From Priapulus caudatus (taxonomy: Eukaryota): a DNA stretch of 57,358 nucleotides. The position numbers and the translations under genes are program-made. The stretch covers positions 983,584-1,040,941 of the forward strand of contig NW_014577067.1 in the NCBI RefSeq assembly GCF_000485595.1, read 5' to 3'. The notes under the pieces are model-generated. The model had not been told where the DNA came from, did no database searches, and saw only the letters and a program-made list of their open reading frames with translations. Below are positions 1 to 11,765 of this stretch, piece by piece. Within the stretch, counting starts at the first letter, position 1. The number at the start of each line of letters is the position of its first letter.

Positions 1-9
1 CACACACAC

Positions 10-45
<36 letters not shown>

Positions 46-277
46 TCCACGCATGCTAGCAGTAGCTTGCACGCTCTGGCAACGCCATCGAGGCAAGGGC
101 GCTTGTAATACAGGTACGTAACAACCGCTACCAGTAATGGAATCGATTGGCAAATGCCTCGCGGTAGCTGCCGTTTACACCTTCCATGCGCTGCGAATGG
201 GAAATGAGCCAGGCACATGTTATGTGTAGCGATGGAAATGTAACGAGTCGGCATTTTAGTCGGCATCACAATACGAT

Positions 278-336
278 TAGGAGTGAATAATAATAGTCTA
301 TTCTATTTGTAGATAGTCTATTATTATTCACGCCTG
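278..336. mobile_element. 59-bp hairpin insertion (nano-MITE) with 7-bp TSD ATACGAT
   Basis: ATACGAT at 271-277 and 337-343 flanks TAGGAGTGAATAATAATAG...CTATTATTATTCACGCCTG (imperfect inverted ends). Confidence 0.7.
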
Positions 337-559
337 ATACGATGACAACGGTCTGTCTATAACATTTACAACTGCAACTATGGTAACAGTGACGCTTCGG
401 TGGGAATGGCAACAGTAGGAATAATTTGACCCTACGATCCGATTGCCTACGAAGTGCCTATGACATCGCCATATTTCATTAAGAGCCACGTACAGCAATG
501 CAGGTAAAGGAATCAATAATTGTCTCGGTGACACTGAGTATACTGGGTCATTATTAAAT

Positions 560-1250
560 GAAGTTGGTGGCATTTTTGTCCTATATGAAATGGTTTCATG
601 AACCCTGCTTGGATACTTTCAAGTATGATCATTCAGATTGTGCTGCTAGTGGAAAGAACGTAATACCTTACAGCAGCCCTACATGAATCTATAACTCTAT
701 AAAATCGTTTAGCTTCTCTTCCAACTTCTTTCACCGAGTTAAACGTCTGGTACTATTATCAATAATTGTAATGCATTCCACGGCTTCTCTGTCTTCTGTC
801 ACATGCGTGTACGTCGATGTAGTCTCGATGTAGTGCACTAGCTGAATCGCAGATTTGCGGTATGCTTTTTGGCGTTGCTGTGCTCCTTGACAATCTCTTG
901 CATTTTACCACGGCGAATAGCCATCGTGCGTTCATTTCAGCACTCACCGTTGAACGCACGTGGCTACTTTACGTCTTCTTCTTATGTCTCATGCAATAAT
1001 TCTCTGCGTCCTTTTTATCAGCCGTCCGTCCCCATTCTTTATTGCAATAGTGTCAGCAAGATTTCTGAACATCGGCTTATTCCTATATGTGCAAAACTTG
1101 CACGAGGGCATCCATCTGCCGTGGTGGATCTTCATCTGGGAAGCGTACTCAGCCTTTTAGGCCCGATATACTAAGGATAAAAGCGGGTCTCTATCCTTTA
1201 TGTTTGCCACATCACCACGTGTAAACCACATCGAAAAGGCACTAGCTGTA
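560..1250 (-). pseudogene. Possible highly degraded LINE reverse-transcriptase remnant
   Basis: Minus-strand fragments such as IRRGK and YIDVHACDR loosely recall LINE RT motifs GFRxG and FIDxxKAFD, but frames are broken by many stops and indels. Confidence 0.25.
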
Positions 1251-1318
1251 GGTCGCAACAGGCATTAGTTCACATGATGAAAATGAAAGCAGAGCTCAAC
1301 ATCTCATTCACATGACCG

Positions 1319-1357
1319 AACTAGAGCACTCGGAGAGCACAGACCTCCGCCAAGGCA
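1319..1357 (-). mobile_element. Terminal fragment of a non-autonomous repeat (Crypton-A/HINE-like end)
   Basis: Minus strand reads CCTTGGCGGAGGTCTGTGCTCTCCGAGTGCTCTAGTT. A related start motif, ATTACCTC...CTTGGCGGAGGTTATGTTT, lies on + at about 2318-2353. Family assignment is from recall, not a search. Confidence 0.4.
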
Positions 1358-2518
1358 GCTGAATTCTCTCAATGTGAAAATTGCGTGAAACTGCTACTAG
1401 ACCTCGCGAGATCCTTTCTCACTGAACTAACGTTGTTCATGCCCTTATTCAGATGGCAGACAAGCACGTTGACGGGTTCGACGAAGATCTGGCCCGTTCA
1501 ACACATCGATAGAATGCGGCGCCGTGAAGCCTTCATGTGCAGTCGTCATCAATCACCATCGTGATATGTAGGAAGATGCAGAGAGAGCCGCGCTGCATAA
1601 GTAAGTTCCCGCTGATCTCTGATGCGTCACCAGAAACACTTCGTGCGCTTATATACTTGCGCAATTAAGCCGTATTTTCAATTTTTTGGCTGTTCGCGTG
1701 AACTTTTTTTCCAGCTACGTACTATCTTGCGCAGCTTGCATACGTCATCGTATAATGTTTTACTGTAAAAGCAATATAGGTTCCGCGGTGATGCCCTACA
1801 AAAGCCATGTGCGTTGCAACTGTTTTTGTCATATTTAGTCACGTGACTTCTAAATTCGCGGAAATCTCGCTAGGCTTGCTTGCGTCATTCGGAAATGCTG
1901 GATAATATTGAGAATAGTCGTGCTATTTGTCGTACTTGTAGGAGAAAACCCAAATAGAGACAATGTCTTCACTTATTGGAAAAGAAGAAACAGGGCAGAG
2001 CAATGAAGCAATCCATAAAATAATATCATCTAGCCTACAATTCCGCACTGTTCATGTTCAGAAATTCACTGATCTTGGCTATTCGGTCATGAAAAAGCCA
2101 GTAGTAGCGGTTGTCAATATCTTAGTAGTGTATTTCTCTTTGATACCTTGAGCAAGGAATTATACGTTTGTCAAAAGAAATGATCGCAAGCTTGAGCTTC
2201 GGCAAACATCAAAATATATGGAACCCTAGCTCTAGCTGCATGCAATTTGAGCAGCGTCGCTGTAGCGGCGTGAGCGCGCAGCGTAATCTGATAGGATGTG
2301 TATAGTTAGACCTAATAATTACCTCGCGCAGGGGCTTGGCGGAGGTTATGTTTCACACGGTGTCTTTGAGTGTTGCTTGTGGGTTTGTGTGTACGCATGC
2401 ACGTTTCAGTTACTTTCGCTAGGTTGCGCTGGCGTGTAGACTTACAAAACACGGCAACCACAGGCTAAGGGGCAACCAAGTCCTCCGCCACCTGCACGCT
2501 CGCACTAATGCGCGGATA

Positions 2519-2590
2519 CAATTAATTAATTATTTAATTAATTAATTAATTAATTTTTCGAATTAATTAAATAATTAATTAAATTAAAAA
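2519..2590. repeat. (TTAA)n-like AT microsatellite abutting an assembly gap
   Basis: Repeated ATTAATTA units running into the Ns at 2591. Confidence 0.85.
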
Positions 2591-3410
2591 NNNNNNNNNN
2601 NNNNNNNNNNNNNNNNNNNNNNNNNNNNNNNNNNNNNNNNNNNNNNNNNNNNNNNNNNNNNNNNNNNNNNNNNNNNNNNNNNNNNNNNNNNNNNNNNNNN
2701 NNNNNNNNNNNNNNNNNNNNNNNNNNNNNNNNNNNNNNNNNNNNNNNNNNNNNNNNNNNNNNNNNNNNNNNNNNNNNNNNNNNNNNNNNNNNNNNNNNNN
2801 NNNNNNNNNNNNNNNNNNNNNNNNNNNNNNNNNNNNNNNNNNNNNNNNNNNNNNNNNNNNNNNNNNNNNNNNNNNNNNNNNNNNNNNNNNNNNNNNNNNN
2901 NNNNNNNNNNNNNNNNNNNNNNNNNNNNNNNNNNNNNNNNNNNNNNNNNNNNNNNNNNNNNNNNNNNNNNNNNNNNNNNNNNNNNNNNNNNNNNNNNNNN
3001 NNNNNNNNNNNNNNNNNNNNNNNNNNNNNNNNNNNNNNNNNNNNNNNNNNNNNNNNNNNNNNNNNNNNNNNNNNNNNNNNNNNNNNNNNNNNNNNNNNNN
3101 NNNNNNNNNNNNNNNNNNNNNNNNNNNNNNNNNNNNNNNNNNNNNNNNNNNNNNNNNNNNNNNNNNNNNNNNNNNNNNNNNNNNNNNNNNNNNNNNNNNN
3201 NNNNNNNNNNNNNNNNNNNNNNNNNNNNNNNNNNNNNNNNNNNNNNNNNNNNNNNNNNNNNNNNNNNNNNNNNNNNNNNNNNNNNNNNNNNNNNNNNNNN
3301 NNNNNNNNNNNNNNNNNNNNNNNNNNNNNNNNNNNNNNNNNNNNNNNNNNNNNNNNNNNNNNNNNNNNNNNNNNNNNNNNNNNNNNNNNNNNNNNNNNNN
3401 NNNNNNNNNN
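2591..3410. other. Assembly gap (820 N)
   Basis: Run of N. Confidence 1.
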
Positions 3411-3521
3411 GTGTGTGTGTGTGTGTGTGCGTGTGAGTGTGTGTGTGCGTGCGTGTGTGCGCGTCCAACCACTATGAAGACATTTAATTCATAAAAAAAT
3501 TTCACTGTCCGTACCGCTCAT

Positions 3522-3838
3522 AGGGTCTCTGCCGGAACGTACCCTAGTAACTATCTGATATGGTTAGGGTTAGGGTTAGGGTTAGGTTTAGGGTTAGGGT
3601 TAGGATTAGGGTTAGGGTTAGGGTTAGGGAGTAGGCGTAGGCGACTCCCTAGACTCGTTATATGTTTTACTCGTTATATGTTTTACTCGTTTTATTAGTG
3701 GAGTAGGCGAGGTACGGTCCGGCATATTAGATAGTACCAGCAGAGCATATAAATCACGTTGATTTATATGCTCTGCATGGTACCAGGGTACGTTACGGTA
3801 TACCGGACCGTACCCAGGGTACATTCCGGCAGTACCCT
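3522..3838. mobile_element. Small inverted-repeat-bounded element carrying a (TTAGGG)11 array and an internal hairpin
   Basis: AGGGTCTCTGCCGGAACGTACCCT (3522-3545) is an imperfect inverted match to AGGGTACATTCCGGCAGTACCCT (3816-3838). A 17-bp stem hairpin lies at 3740-3776. Confidence 0.55.
3564..3629 (+). repeat. Interstitial telomere-type repeat (TTAGGG)11
   Basis: Eleven hexamers, two of them variant (TTAGGT, TTAGGA). Confidence 0.95.
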
Positions 3839-4429
3839 GGGGGACATAGACCCTCTCAGCGTCAGTACCATTAAACCACCGTTAACTAACCAACTCATGA
3901 TCCACAAAAACACTCTCCTCAGTTTACCAAAACCGCTGATAGTTACGCTAAAACACGTTAACACTTTTTTTCGGAAATAGAGCAGTGCGTTGTAACGATT
4001 TTTTAATGCTGATACACAAAAAATCGTTACGATAACAATTCTTCAGTTAGATTGATTTTAAGTATGTGTTCTGCGCATTACGCGGCTTTAAACATTCAAT
4101 AAACAAGTGAAAATGGAAATAGGAGCCGCAGTGACGTCGTTCGGCTGATTTTATCAGTGTAAGGCCACGCTTAAATAAACACATATTTACAGTTTACTAA
4201 GCAAACAGACCGACAGATTCATTCTCGACGGGAGAGACCGTTTGTATAACAAGTTACGATGTATTTACTTGTTGCCCACACGCGTGCAACCCTATAGCGT
4301 GGGCAGCGTATAACGCAGGAGATACGTTGCCCACCTACCAACCCCATCAACTATAATTCCAGCCGAGGTTAATTGCGAGAATGAGATCAATTTAGGGTTG
4401 TTTCGCCGGCAATCAACGTTCGCACGCAC

Positions 4430-4549
4430 CACATCGCGCCTCGTCGCTCGCATCGGGGCAGTCCGTCACCGAGTCGCACACTCTCGCACAGCTTCCGTCG
4501 CGACACAGCAGTTCTCCTGGCTGGCACGTCCGGTTCACAGCAGCGCCCT
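4430..4549 (-). CDS. Internal coding exon encoding one LDL-receptor class A (LDLa) repeat
   Basis: Acceptor ttccttctctgcag and donor gtgcgt; 120 nt, phase 1-1. Translation (E)GAAVNRTCQPGELLCRDGSCARVCDSVTDCPDASDEARC has 6 Cys and the acidic DCxDxSDE motif. Confidence 0.88.
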
Positions 4550-6889
4550 CTGCAGAGAAGGAAATGAGAATTCGGAGAATTTCGTGCAGTGCCTCTCTCT
4601 CGCGCAAGCGCGGGTACACACACTCGCGATGTCAACACTTATTAGATGAGCCAGTGCCCGACAAATGGTGATCAATGTGACTGTACTAGTTAATAAGCAA
4701 CCAGTACTGTATTTCTGCAGGGGTGGAGCTAGGAACTATTAAGGGGAAGGAGTAGAGGGTTTTGCGAATGTGGAACCGAGCAACTGGGATCGAACAACTT
4801 GCTTCTCATTTAGGAGACATGGTTACAATTTAATGATTTCATTTAGCGAGCGATGTAATTATAGTTATAACCACACAGAAATAAATTGTACGGGGGAATA
4901 ATGAAGAACCAATTACAAGTGTAGCATTAACGAGGGAAAACGGTTATTTTCGAGACGCGGGATTGGGCTATTTTAAACAGAAACAGCAAAATGGCAGATA
5001 AACTTCTAAAAGTAAGATTTTTTAGATTTAAAAGGACTGCGATTTTATATAACTGGGAAATAGGAAATGACATATACCTTAACCGGGACACTGGAATGGA
5101 CCCGGTCCCTACCCCCGTCATCAAATAAATAGCCAATAGACCATGGATATCTCTCAGTTGCATGTGCCGCCTATATTAAAGCACACAATTGTACTGTGTA
5201 CAAAGTAAACAGCTTTAATAAAGCACATTATTCAGGATCCAATTACCGAAGCAAAATTACGCAAAATGACAAATTTAATGCCATCTGTAACTTTATATAA
5301 CGTACATATTTCACCATATAATCCATGCTACTAGTGGCATTGTTTTGAGACTTTGCATCTTCAGAACCACTTAATTGTATCAACTATATTATATGGTCGT
5401 TACTTACACAACATCACGAACCCATCTACTACAAAATTGTGTGTAATTGTGACAATGCATTTTAACCTGGTTAATGCATTCCATCGTATCTGGCAACTGC
5501 CACGAGGTTTGTTATTGGGACCATTCTTTCATCATTTATCCTTGCTTGGAGATGGCAGGACTAACTGCATGGCCACGGCGTATTGCTCAGTTTGAGTCTC
5601 GTGATTGATTAACATAATTAAATCTTTTGTGATCGATTTACTTTCTCGTGCACATCGTGACAGTACAGCTTATATAGATCAACTGACTACACAGGGAGGG
5701 CATTCCCAGGAAAAACTGGTACGCATGCGTGTTCTTGTATTCGAAAACATATCATTAAAAAATTAAAAACAAAGAAAATGTATAAACATTCATTTCTTCA
5801 AAGAATATGCGGTCCACGAATTGGTATTTATACTTAACCCAATCATACACTGGTTAGGTGTCATAACTATTAGATAGTGCTGACACCTACCGTTCTTGTA
5901 CTAGCAGTAATTCTAAACGTTAAAGGGACTATATACGTCACGAATTTTCCATGGTAAAATTTGTAAAAAAAAAATTGCTATTTTTTTACATTAAAAGTAA
6001 GAACTAACGTTACTAAATATATCCGTGGTAAAAATATATACCGTTACTAAATATATCCGTGGTAAATATATAACGTGGTAAAAATGAAAAAAATAAATTC
6101 AATACAACTTTTTACAAAACGTATAATATCACTCAACACAATTATTAATATTCATTGTAATGCCTTTACTCTAGACACCAACAGTAAACGCAAACGATTG
6201 TCACAGAATACAAATTACATTACAATATACGAACAAAATATAATCTTTAAAGTGATTACGTCACGAATTTCTAGCACCATCAAGAAGTATATTTGTGTGT
6301 TATTTGTACAAAATAAAATGTATGAAAATACAATTAGTGTTTCTGTTTACTTTTCATGCTTATATACCTTCTTTACATGCCCTAATTTGCCGGTGAAAAA
6401 CAGAGAGACGCCAGTATCTGAACAGTACTGGGGGAATAGTGTTAGACAACAGAAATTACCAAATCGTCCAGATGAGACGGGATACTAGAGAAGCGTTGCC
6501 GAAAGGAGGTGTTAATCCCAAGCGCTAGAAGCGCAGATCGTGCGCGCAGTTCCGCGGCAAGGCGCACGCGACCGCGGGAACGTCGTGCGCGACTACGCAG
6601 TGCTGGCAGCTATGGATCCGTGCGCCGAATGCATAGCCGGCGCACGGATCCATAGCTGCCAGCGAAGAGTCGACGATTTTAGGGGCAATAGAATGAAAGG
6701 GCTCAGGTCCATTGAGGTGTTGTTGGTAGCTAATTAGAATTGTAAGTTCATTGCAAATATTCCGACAACTGTCGTATACAATATGTAAGCAAACGGCGCC
6801 GAATGTTTACTGTCATGGAATGTTATATTGTAGCGAAGTCATGAAAAAGGGCAACAGTGTTTGCAACTGTTGCTCGCCGGTCATAAGCC

Positions 6890-7800
6890 GACGCCGTTCT
6901 CTCTGTCTTTCTGGGTGTCTCCCTGTGTGTCTCTCTCTCGCATGCTCTCTCTCTCTTCTGCTTCGTGCTCTCCTCTCCTCTCGTCGTCTCTCGTGTCTCT
7001 TCTCGTCTCTATCTTGTTGGTGTCGCTCTGCTATGGTCGGGCCTCTCATCTCCTTGCCTGCTGTCTTGTGTCAGATCGTACTGCGGGATTTATTAGCACC
7101 TGCTGAGTAGATGCCTGTCTCGAAACAACCTGTTTGATTCTCTTCTGAATTGGGTCGGCAGACGTAAGCTGAGTCTATGATACTGCTACGCCTGCGACCC
7201 TCGCTCCAACGCACGCTCGCTCGGTCTCTCTCTCTCTCCTGTCGGAATTTTGTTGCTCTCCTCGGCCGCTCGCATCCGGCCTCTCTCTCCTATGCTCTCT
7301 CTCTCGTCTGTCTTCTCGTCTCTGTTTTGGTCCTTCATTTCCTCTGTCTCTTTCTCGCCCTTCTCGCTTTGTCGCCGTCTGTTCGCTTTTCTCTCTCCTG
7401 TCGCTGTCGCTTGCCCTCTCTCTCTGTCCCCCATCACCAAAATTTTATCCTCATAGCTCTCCTGTATCTCTTGGAGTATAATCTGTTTGCGCTGTAGGAG
7501 TGTATCTCTCTCGTGCTCTGCTGGCTATCGTCCTCTGTCGCGTCTGTTCTCCTGCCGGCGCCCACGCTCTCTCTGGCCTGCTGTCGGCTGCTCTGCGTAG
7601 TCACTTTGTCTCTCTGTCCGTCTTTCTCTGGCTTTGTCCATATGTGTGTCGTCCCGTCTCTATCTCTGTGTGTTAGTCCTCCTCGGCGCTCTCTCTCTCT
7701 CCCGCACCCGCTGTCGTGTTTTGTGTTGTAGTGGAGCGACGCCCCACCCCCCTGTGTGGATCTCCTCTCGCATGTCTCGTTTTTGTCTCGCGTGTCTCTT
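6890..7800. repeat. Degenerate (CT)n-rich low-complexity tract
   Basis: CT/TC-rich pyrimidine strand; source of the spurious SLSL/RERE ORFs. Confidence 0.85.
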
Positions 7801-8845
7801 CTCAGTTTCATATCTGGGATGGGCAATGATGAATGTAGCATTCTTGTGTAATTCCTGAATGGTTTCATGATGTAGTTTCTTCAGTGTGTTAGACAATCGG
7901 CGACTGCTAGAAAAGCGAACGCGGCCGGACGGTTTACTTTTATGGCATTCTTATTGTAGTTAACGTTCTCCCTCGGCGCCCAAGTGGCGGTGGGTGCGCG
8001 CAATGATTAAACCGCGGACACACATCCACGTATTCCCGGAGCGTGTATGTACAACATGCTGTAAGTTAATCACGCCGCGGGCACCGCCACGCCAAAAACA
8101 TTCGCCGCGCGGCGCTGCGCGCCAAACAAGAAACGCGCCATCGAACCTGTAGTCAAGCATACAGCGGTCACAATAAAACACACATCAGAGACATGCTTGA
8201 ACTTGCAGATAAAGAAATTATTAGGGAAAGGCACAGGAATTAATACTATGACAATTCAGTACCTTTACGGAATTTTCAACGTACTTTAGCCAGCAACACT
8301 GACAATGACATTAAGGAGGTTGAAAGGGTTATTGTTATATCAGAAAGGATTGAAGCAACAAGAATACATCGTAAAACAAACTTTGTTGGACGAGTATAGG
8401 GGCAACAATGAGAAGCATGAGGATGAGATGAGATGAATTATAATAAATATATATATATTAAATATATAAATAATGTAAAACAGACTTTTTAGGCAAGACG
8501 CCCAAGACTATGAAGATAATTTGCATTGTTGTACTGGGAAGAAAAGGGAGGCGAATTAATAGTTAAATATAACTATCGACACAGGTTGGTCAATTAGTGC
8601 CAGGCTACGACAGATGCTGCCTGAGATGGAATCAAGACTTAAAATTAAGACTTAAATTCAATGAAGAAGAGCAAATAACATATTCTGGCGACAAATACAT
8701 TATCTCCCTACCTACCTACCCTATTTTGTTCAAGGATGTAACCTTAAACAATGTTTTTGTAGGTCTTTTATCCTATTACAATACACGTTTCGTTCAGTTC
8801 AATTCCCACGCATCAATTAATATTGGACGACTGGTCGGGTGGCAC

Positions 8846-9012
8846 AAGACTTAATTTGTTCAGTGCGCGCACGACGGTCGGGTAAAGAAGACTTCATTTC
8901 TTCACTTGCGCGCACACGGTCGGGTAAACACAACTTAATTTCTTCACTGCGCGCACGACGGTCGGGTAAAGAAGACTTAATTTGTTCAGTGCGCGCACGA
9001 CGGTCGGGTAAA
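8846..9012 (+). repeat. Minisatellite, about 42-bp unit x4
   Basis: AAGACTTAATTTGTTCAGTGCGCGCACGACGGTCGGGTAAAG repeated with variants. Confidence 0.9.
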
Positions 9013-9363
9013 CAACCGGCATTACAAACGTACCGAATTGCGGGAAATATGTGTTAAATATTACAACCAAACTTACCCGCACTCAACACTCACACTCTTC
9101 ACTTGCACGCAGTACAACGGCCTGCCATCATATATGGATGGATGAAACATCCATGGGTATGTATGAATTGGAAGAAGCATGTGCTCTACGCCTGTATGGC
9201 TCTACGGTCTATCAGAGGGCGATGATATGATTATGGACTCTGCTCTGCTATATATACATGGTTGTAGTATGACGTCATGATCCGAAACATCACACCATGT
9301 GGGGTTATAACCATATAACAGACATACGGCTGGTGCATTTCCACATAACGTCCAGTGTAAACA

Positions 9364-9635
9364 ACCATAAATCAGTCAGCCTGCCGTGTCCAAAGACTGG
9401 TACGGTCGTTAATTAGGCCAAGTATCTCTCGCTACACTAAAGTTATAGTAACTCCAGCGACCGCGGGGCAGTCTAAGCCTATTTGCCAAGAAAAACGCCA
9501 TCGACCATAAATCAGTCAGCCTGCCGTGTCCAAAGACTGGTACGGTCGTTAATTAGGCCAAGTATCTCTCGCTACACTAAAGTTACGCTCGCTACGCTAA
9601 ACTCTCCACCGCGGGGCAGTCTAAGCCTATTTGCC
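9364..9635 (+). repeat. Local tandem duplication of about 125-130 bp
   Basis: ACCATAAATCAGTCAGCCTGCCGTGTCCAAAGACTGG...GCAGTCTAAGCCTATTTGCC occurs at about 9364-9487 and 9503-9635. Confidence 0.9.
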
Positions 9636-10738
9636 GTTCTTTCTGTGGGAAATTCTGCGTCGAACATGCCTGCGAAGAGAGACTCGTCGCCCCATCTATG
9701 GGTAGCGATATACGAGAATAAGTTCACGGCATGTAATTAAATAAATTAGAAATCGCTTTTCTAGAAAAAAAGCTAACGCGCAGACAACCAAACAAGTTCC
9801 AATTACGACCATTCGCATTTATTCTCATTCTCGCCTACACGTGCACATCGAAAGTTTGTGGCAGCGCCACAACTGCTCAATTGACCGATTACAGGCAGCA
9901 TTTGTATAACGGTGAAATGGTTCTAAATATAGACAGCGAGTTATCTCAAATGGCGCCACAGGTGCGCGCTGTTCGGCTGCTTCGCGCGTATATACGGCTG
10001 CAGACTGTCTAGATTTTGCAATTTAACCAACGTAAAAACATTTTTATCAGGTGAGAGTTTGAGGATATATTTAGTAAACGTTAGTTCTTACTTTTAATGT
10101 AAAAAAATAGCAATTTTTTTTTACAAATTTTACCATTGGAAAATTCGTGACGTAGTCCCTTTAAAAAAAAGATGTGTTGAGTGTAAATCGCTTTAATTTC
10201 TTGGGTAGAGGGTAGGAACCCCGTTCACAAACGTCCGTACAGAAGCGTAGCTAACCCAATTTGCCTGGGGGCAAAACCACATGGGGTTTATGTTCTTGGA
10301 AGTTGACCGTTGACAGTACATTATTGAGCATGTAATAGTATCTAAAGTAGTCTTGCAGGCAGATGCTCTCCTTACCCACCCCCTGCCGCTAGTTACGGCC
10401 CTCCAACGAACTAGAGGGTGTCATCAAAAGGAATGCGAAGTACCCGTTTTCCCTTAAAGTGTTCCCCCCGAGAATGAATTCTACACGATCTTTTACATGT
10501 AGTTTGGTGGGCATAACTTTGTGATCGCCTTCTGAGAGGTCTAACTCCCAAAGAAACTGTGCGTTTTATATCTTTCGGTCTACACTAATTTTAAAATCAA
10601 TATATACTCTCTACTTCTTACACTGAATCCCGCGCCTTCTTGCTTGCGAGCGATGATTGGCGTAGTACTTATGGAGTCGAATTTAATTTCCCACGTGGGG
10701 TACATATATACGTTAGTTGTGAGATTATTACATAATAT

Positions 10739-10779
10739 CAGGAGTAGATAATAGAAGAATCTTCTATTATCTACTCCTG
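10739..10779. mobile_element. 41-bp perfect hairpin insertion (nano-MITE) with 7-bp TSD ATAATAT
   Basis: CAGGAGTAGATAATAGAAG-AAT-CTTCTATTATCTACTCCTG flanked by ATAATAT at 10732-10738 and 10780-10786. Confidence 0.8.
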
Positions 10780-10899
10780 ATAATATCATAGAGAGTACCA
10801 TTACGCACGTGACACTGAAGTCGCGCACATTGCCTCAATATCACAACATATAGACTACCCATAGACGCCTTCCTATTTTGCGTTTTCCATTGTCAGGGA

Positions 10900-11765
10900 C
10901 CGCAGCTAACAAAGTTATGTTCCTTGAATGTTATATGGGAATGTTTCTTTTAGATTAGCAGAACATTATTCAGTAACATTCTAATAACGTTTTTTAGGAA
11001 AGTTTTCCTGACATTCTGAGAACGTTTTTATCAAATGTTAGGCACATGTTATTCACACTACTTTCAGATAGCATTGATCAACCTCCGAAAATGACATATT
11101 AACGGCAGCCACATCGTAGACGGCAGTCCCACACACAAGTACAAACAGTCACCCTATACCTATCCCTAACCATAACACCAACTCCAACCCCAACCCTAAC
11201 ACTATACTATAAAGCGACTCGCGTCGTATATATATAGCGTGTAAAAACAGTATAACCTTTTGGTATACCGGTGTATAACCTTTTGCTTTCAATAAAAAAC
11301 TGAACTGAACTGTTTCTGAACTGCAATCAATCCCAAGCAACTAGTGTAGGCTAGCTAATTAATTAATTAATTAATTAATAATTAATTAATTAATTATTAG
11401 GCTGGAGATTAATTAATAGCTAGTAAACGGCATTATTTTGTGGATAAGTGACGCATGCGCAAATGGACTACCGTACCCGTAGCCTCGAGACATTAGGATA
11501 CGGCTACCGTCCCCGTAGCAACTGCGAACAAAACTACATTTGATACCTGTGCTATAGTTTGCAACATCACAAAAACGGCAATTAGGAGTTTCAAACCCAT
11601 CCGAGGACGGTTAACGTTTTCCGAATATTCCAAAAACATAACTCTCTCACCAAGTAAAACCAATGAATGCATAACGATATGGGAATGTTCTTAGAATATT
11701 TTTGGCTAATGTAACCAAACTAGAACCTCCAGCGAATGTTACGAGAATGTTCCGTGTTTGCTGGG
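10900..11765. mobile_element. EnSpm/CACTA-like non-autonomous element (CCCAGC-type ends) with nested simple repeats
   Basis: GA|CCGCAGCTAAC... and ...GTGTTTGCTGGG|GA, a possible 2-bp TSD. Repeated subterminal GAATGTT/AACATTC motifs; internal (TTAA)n at about 11355-11400. Confidence 0.45.

Larger units (their letters stand above)
5924..10161. mobile_element. Kolobok-like non-autonomous/composite DNA transposon with TTAA TSD
   Basis: TTAA|AGGGACTATATACGTCACGAATTTTCC... at 5920-5924 and ...GAAAATTCGTGACGTAGTCCCT|TTAA at 10161-10165; about 100-bp inverted match. A second related end, TTAA|AGTGATTACGTCACGAATTT, lies at 6251. No intact transposase ORF. Confidence 0.7.

Noticed and set aside
2579..3505. 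Long ORFs of 294-308 aa (also 42524-43879 and 42592-43704)
   Set aside because: They consist almost entirely of N-gap translated as X.
4770..4825. tRNA B-box-like GTTCGATCCC on the minus strand
   Set aside because: No cloverleaf or convincing A-box; at most a decayed SINE head.
8846..9012. CRISPR-like appearance of ~42-bp repeats (also 38045-38470)
   Set aside because: Head-to-tail tandem units with no unique spacers, no cas genes and a eukaryotic context.
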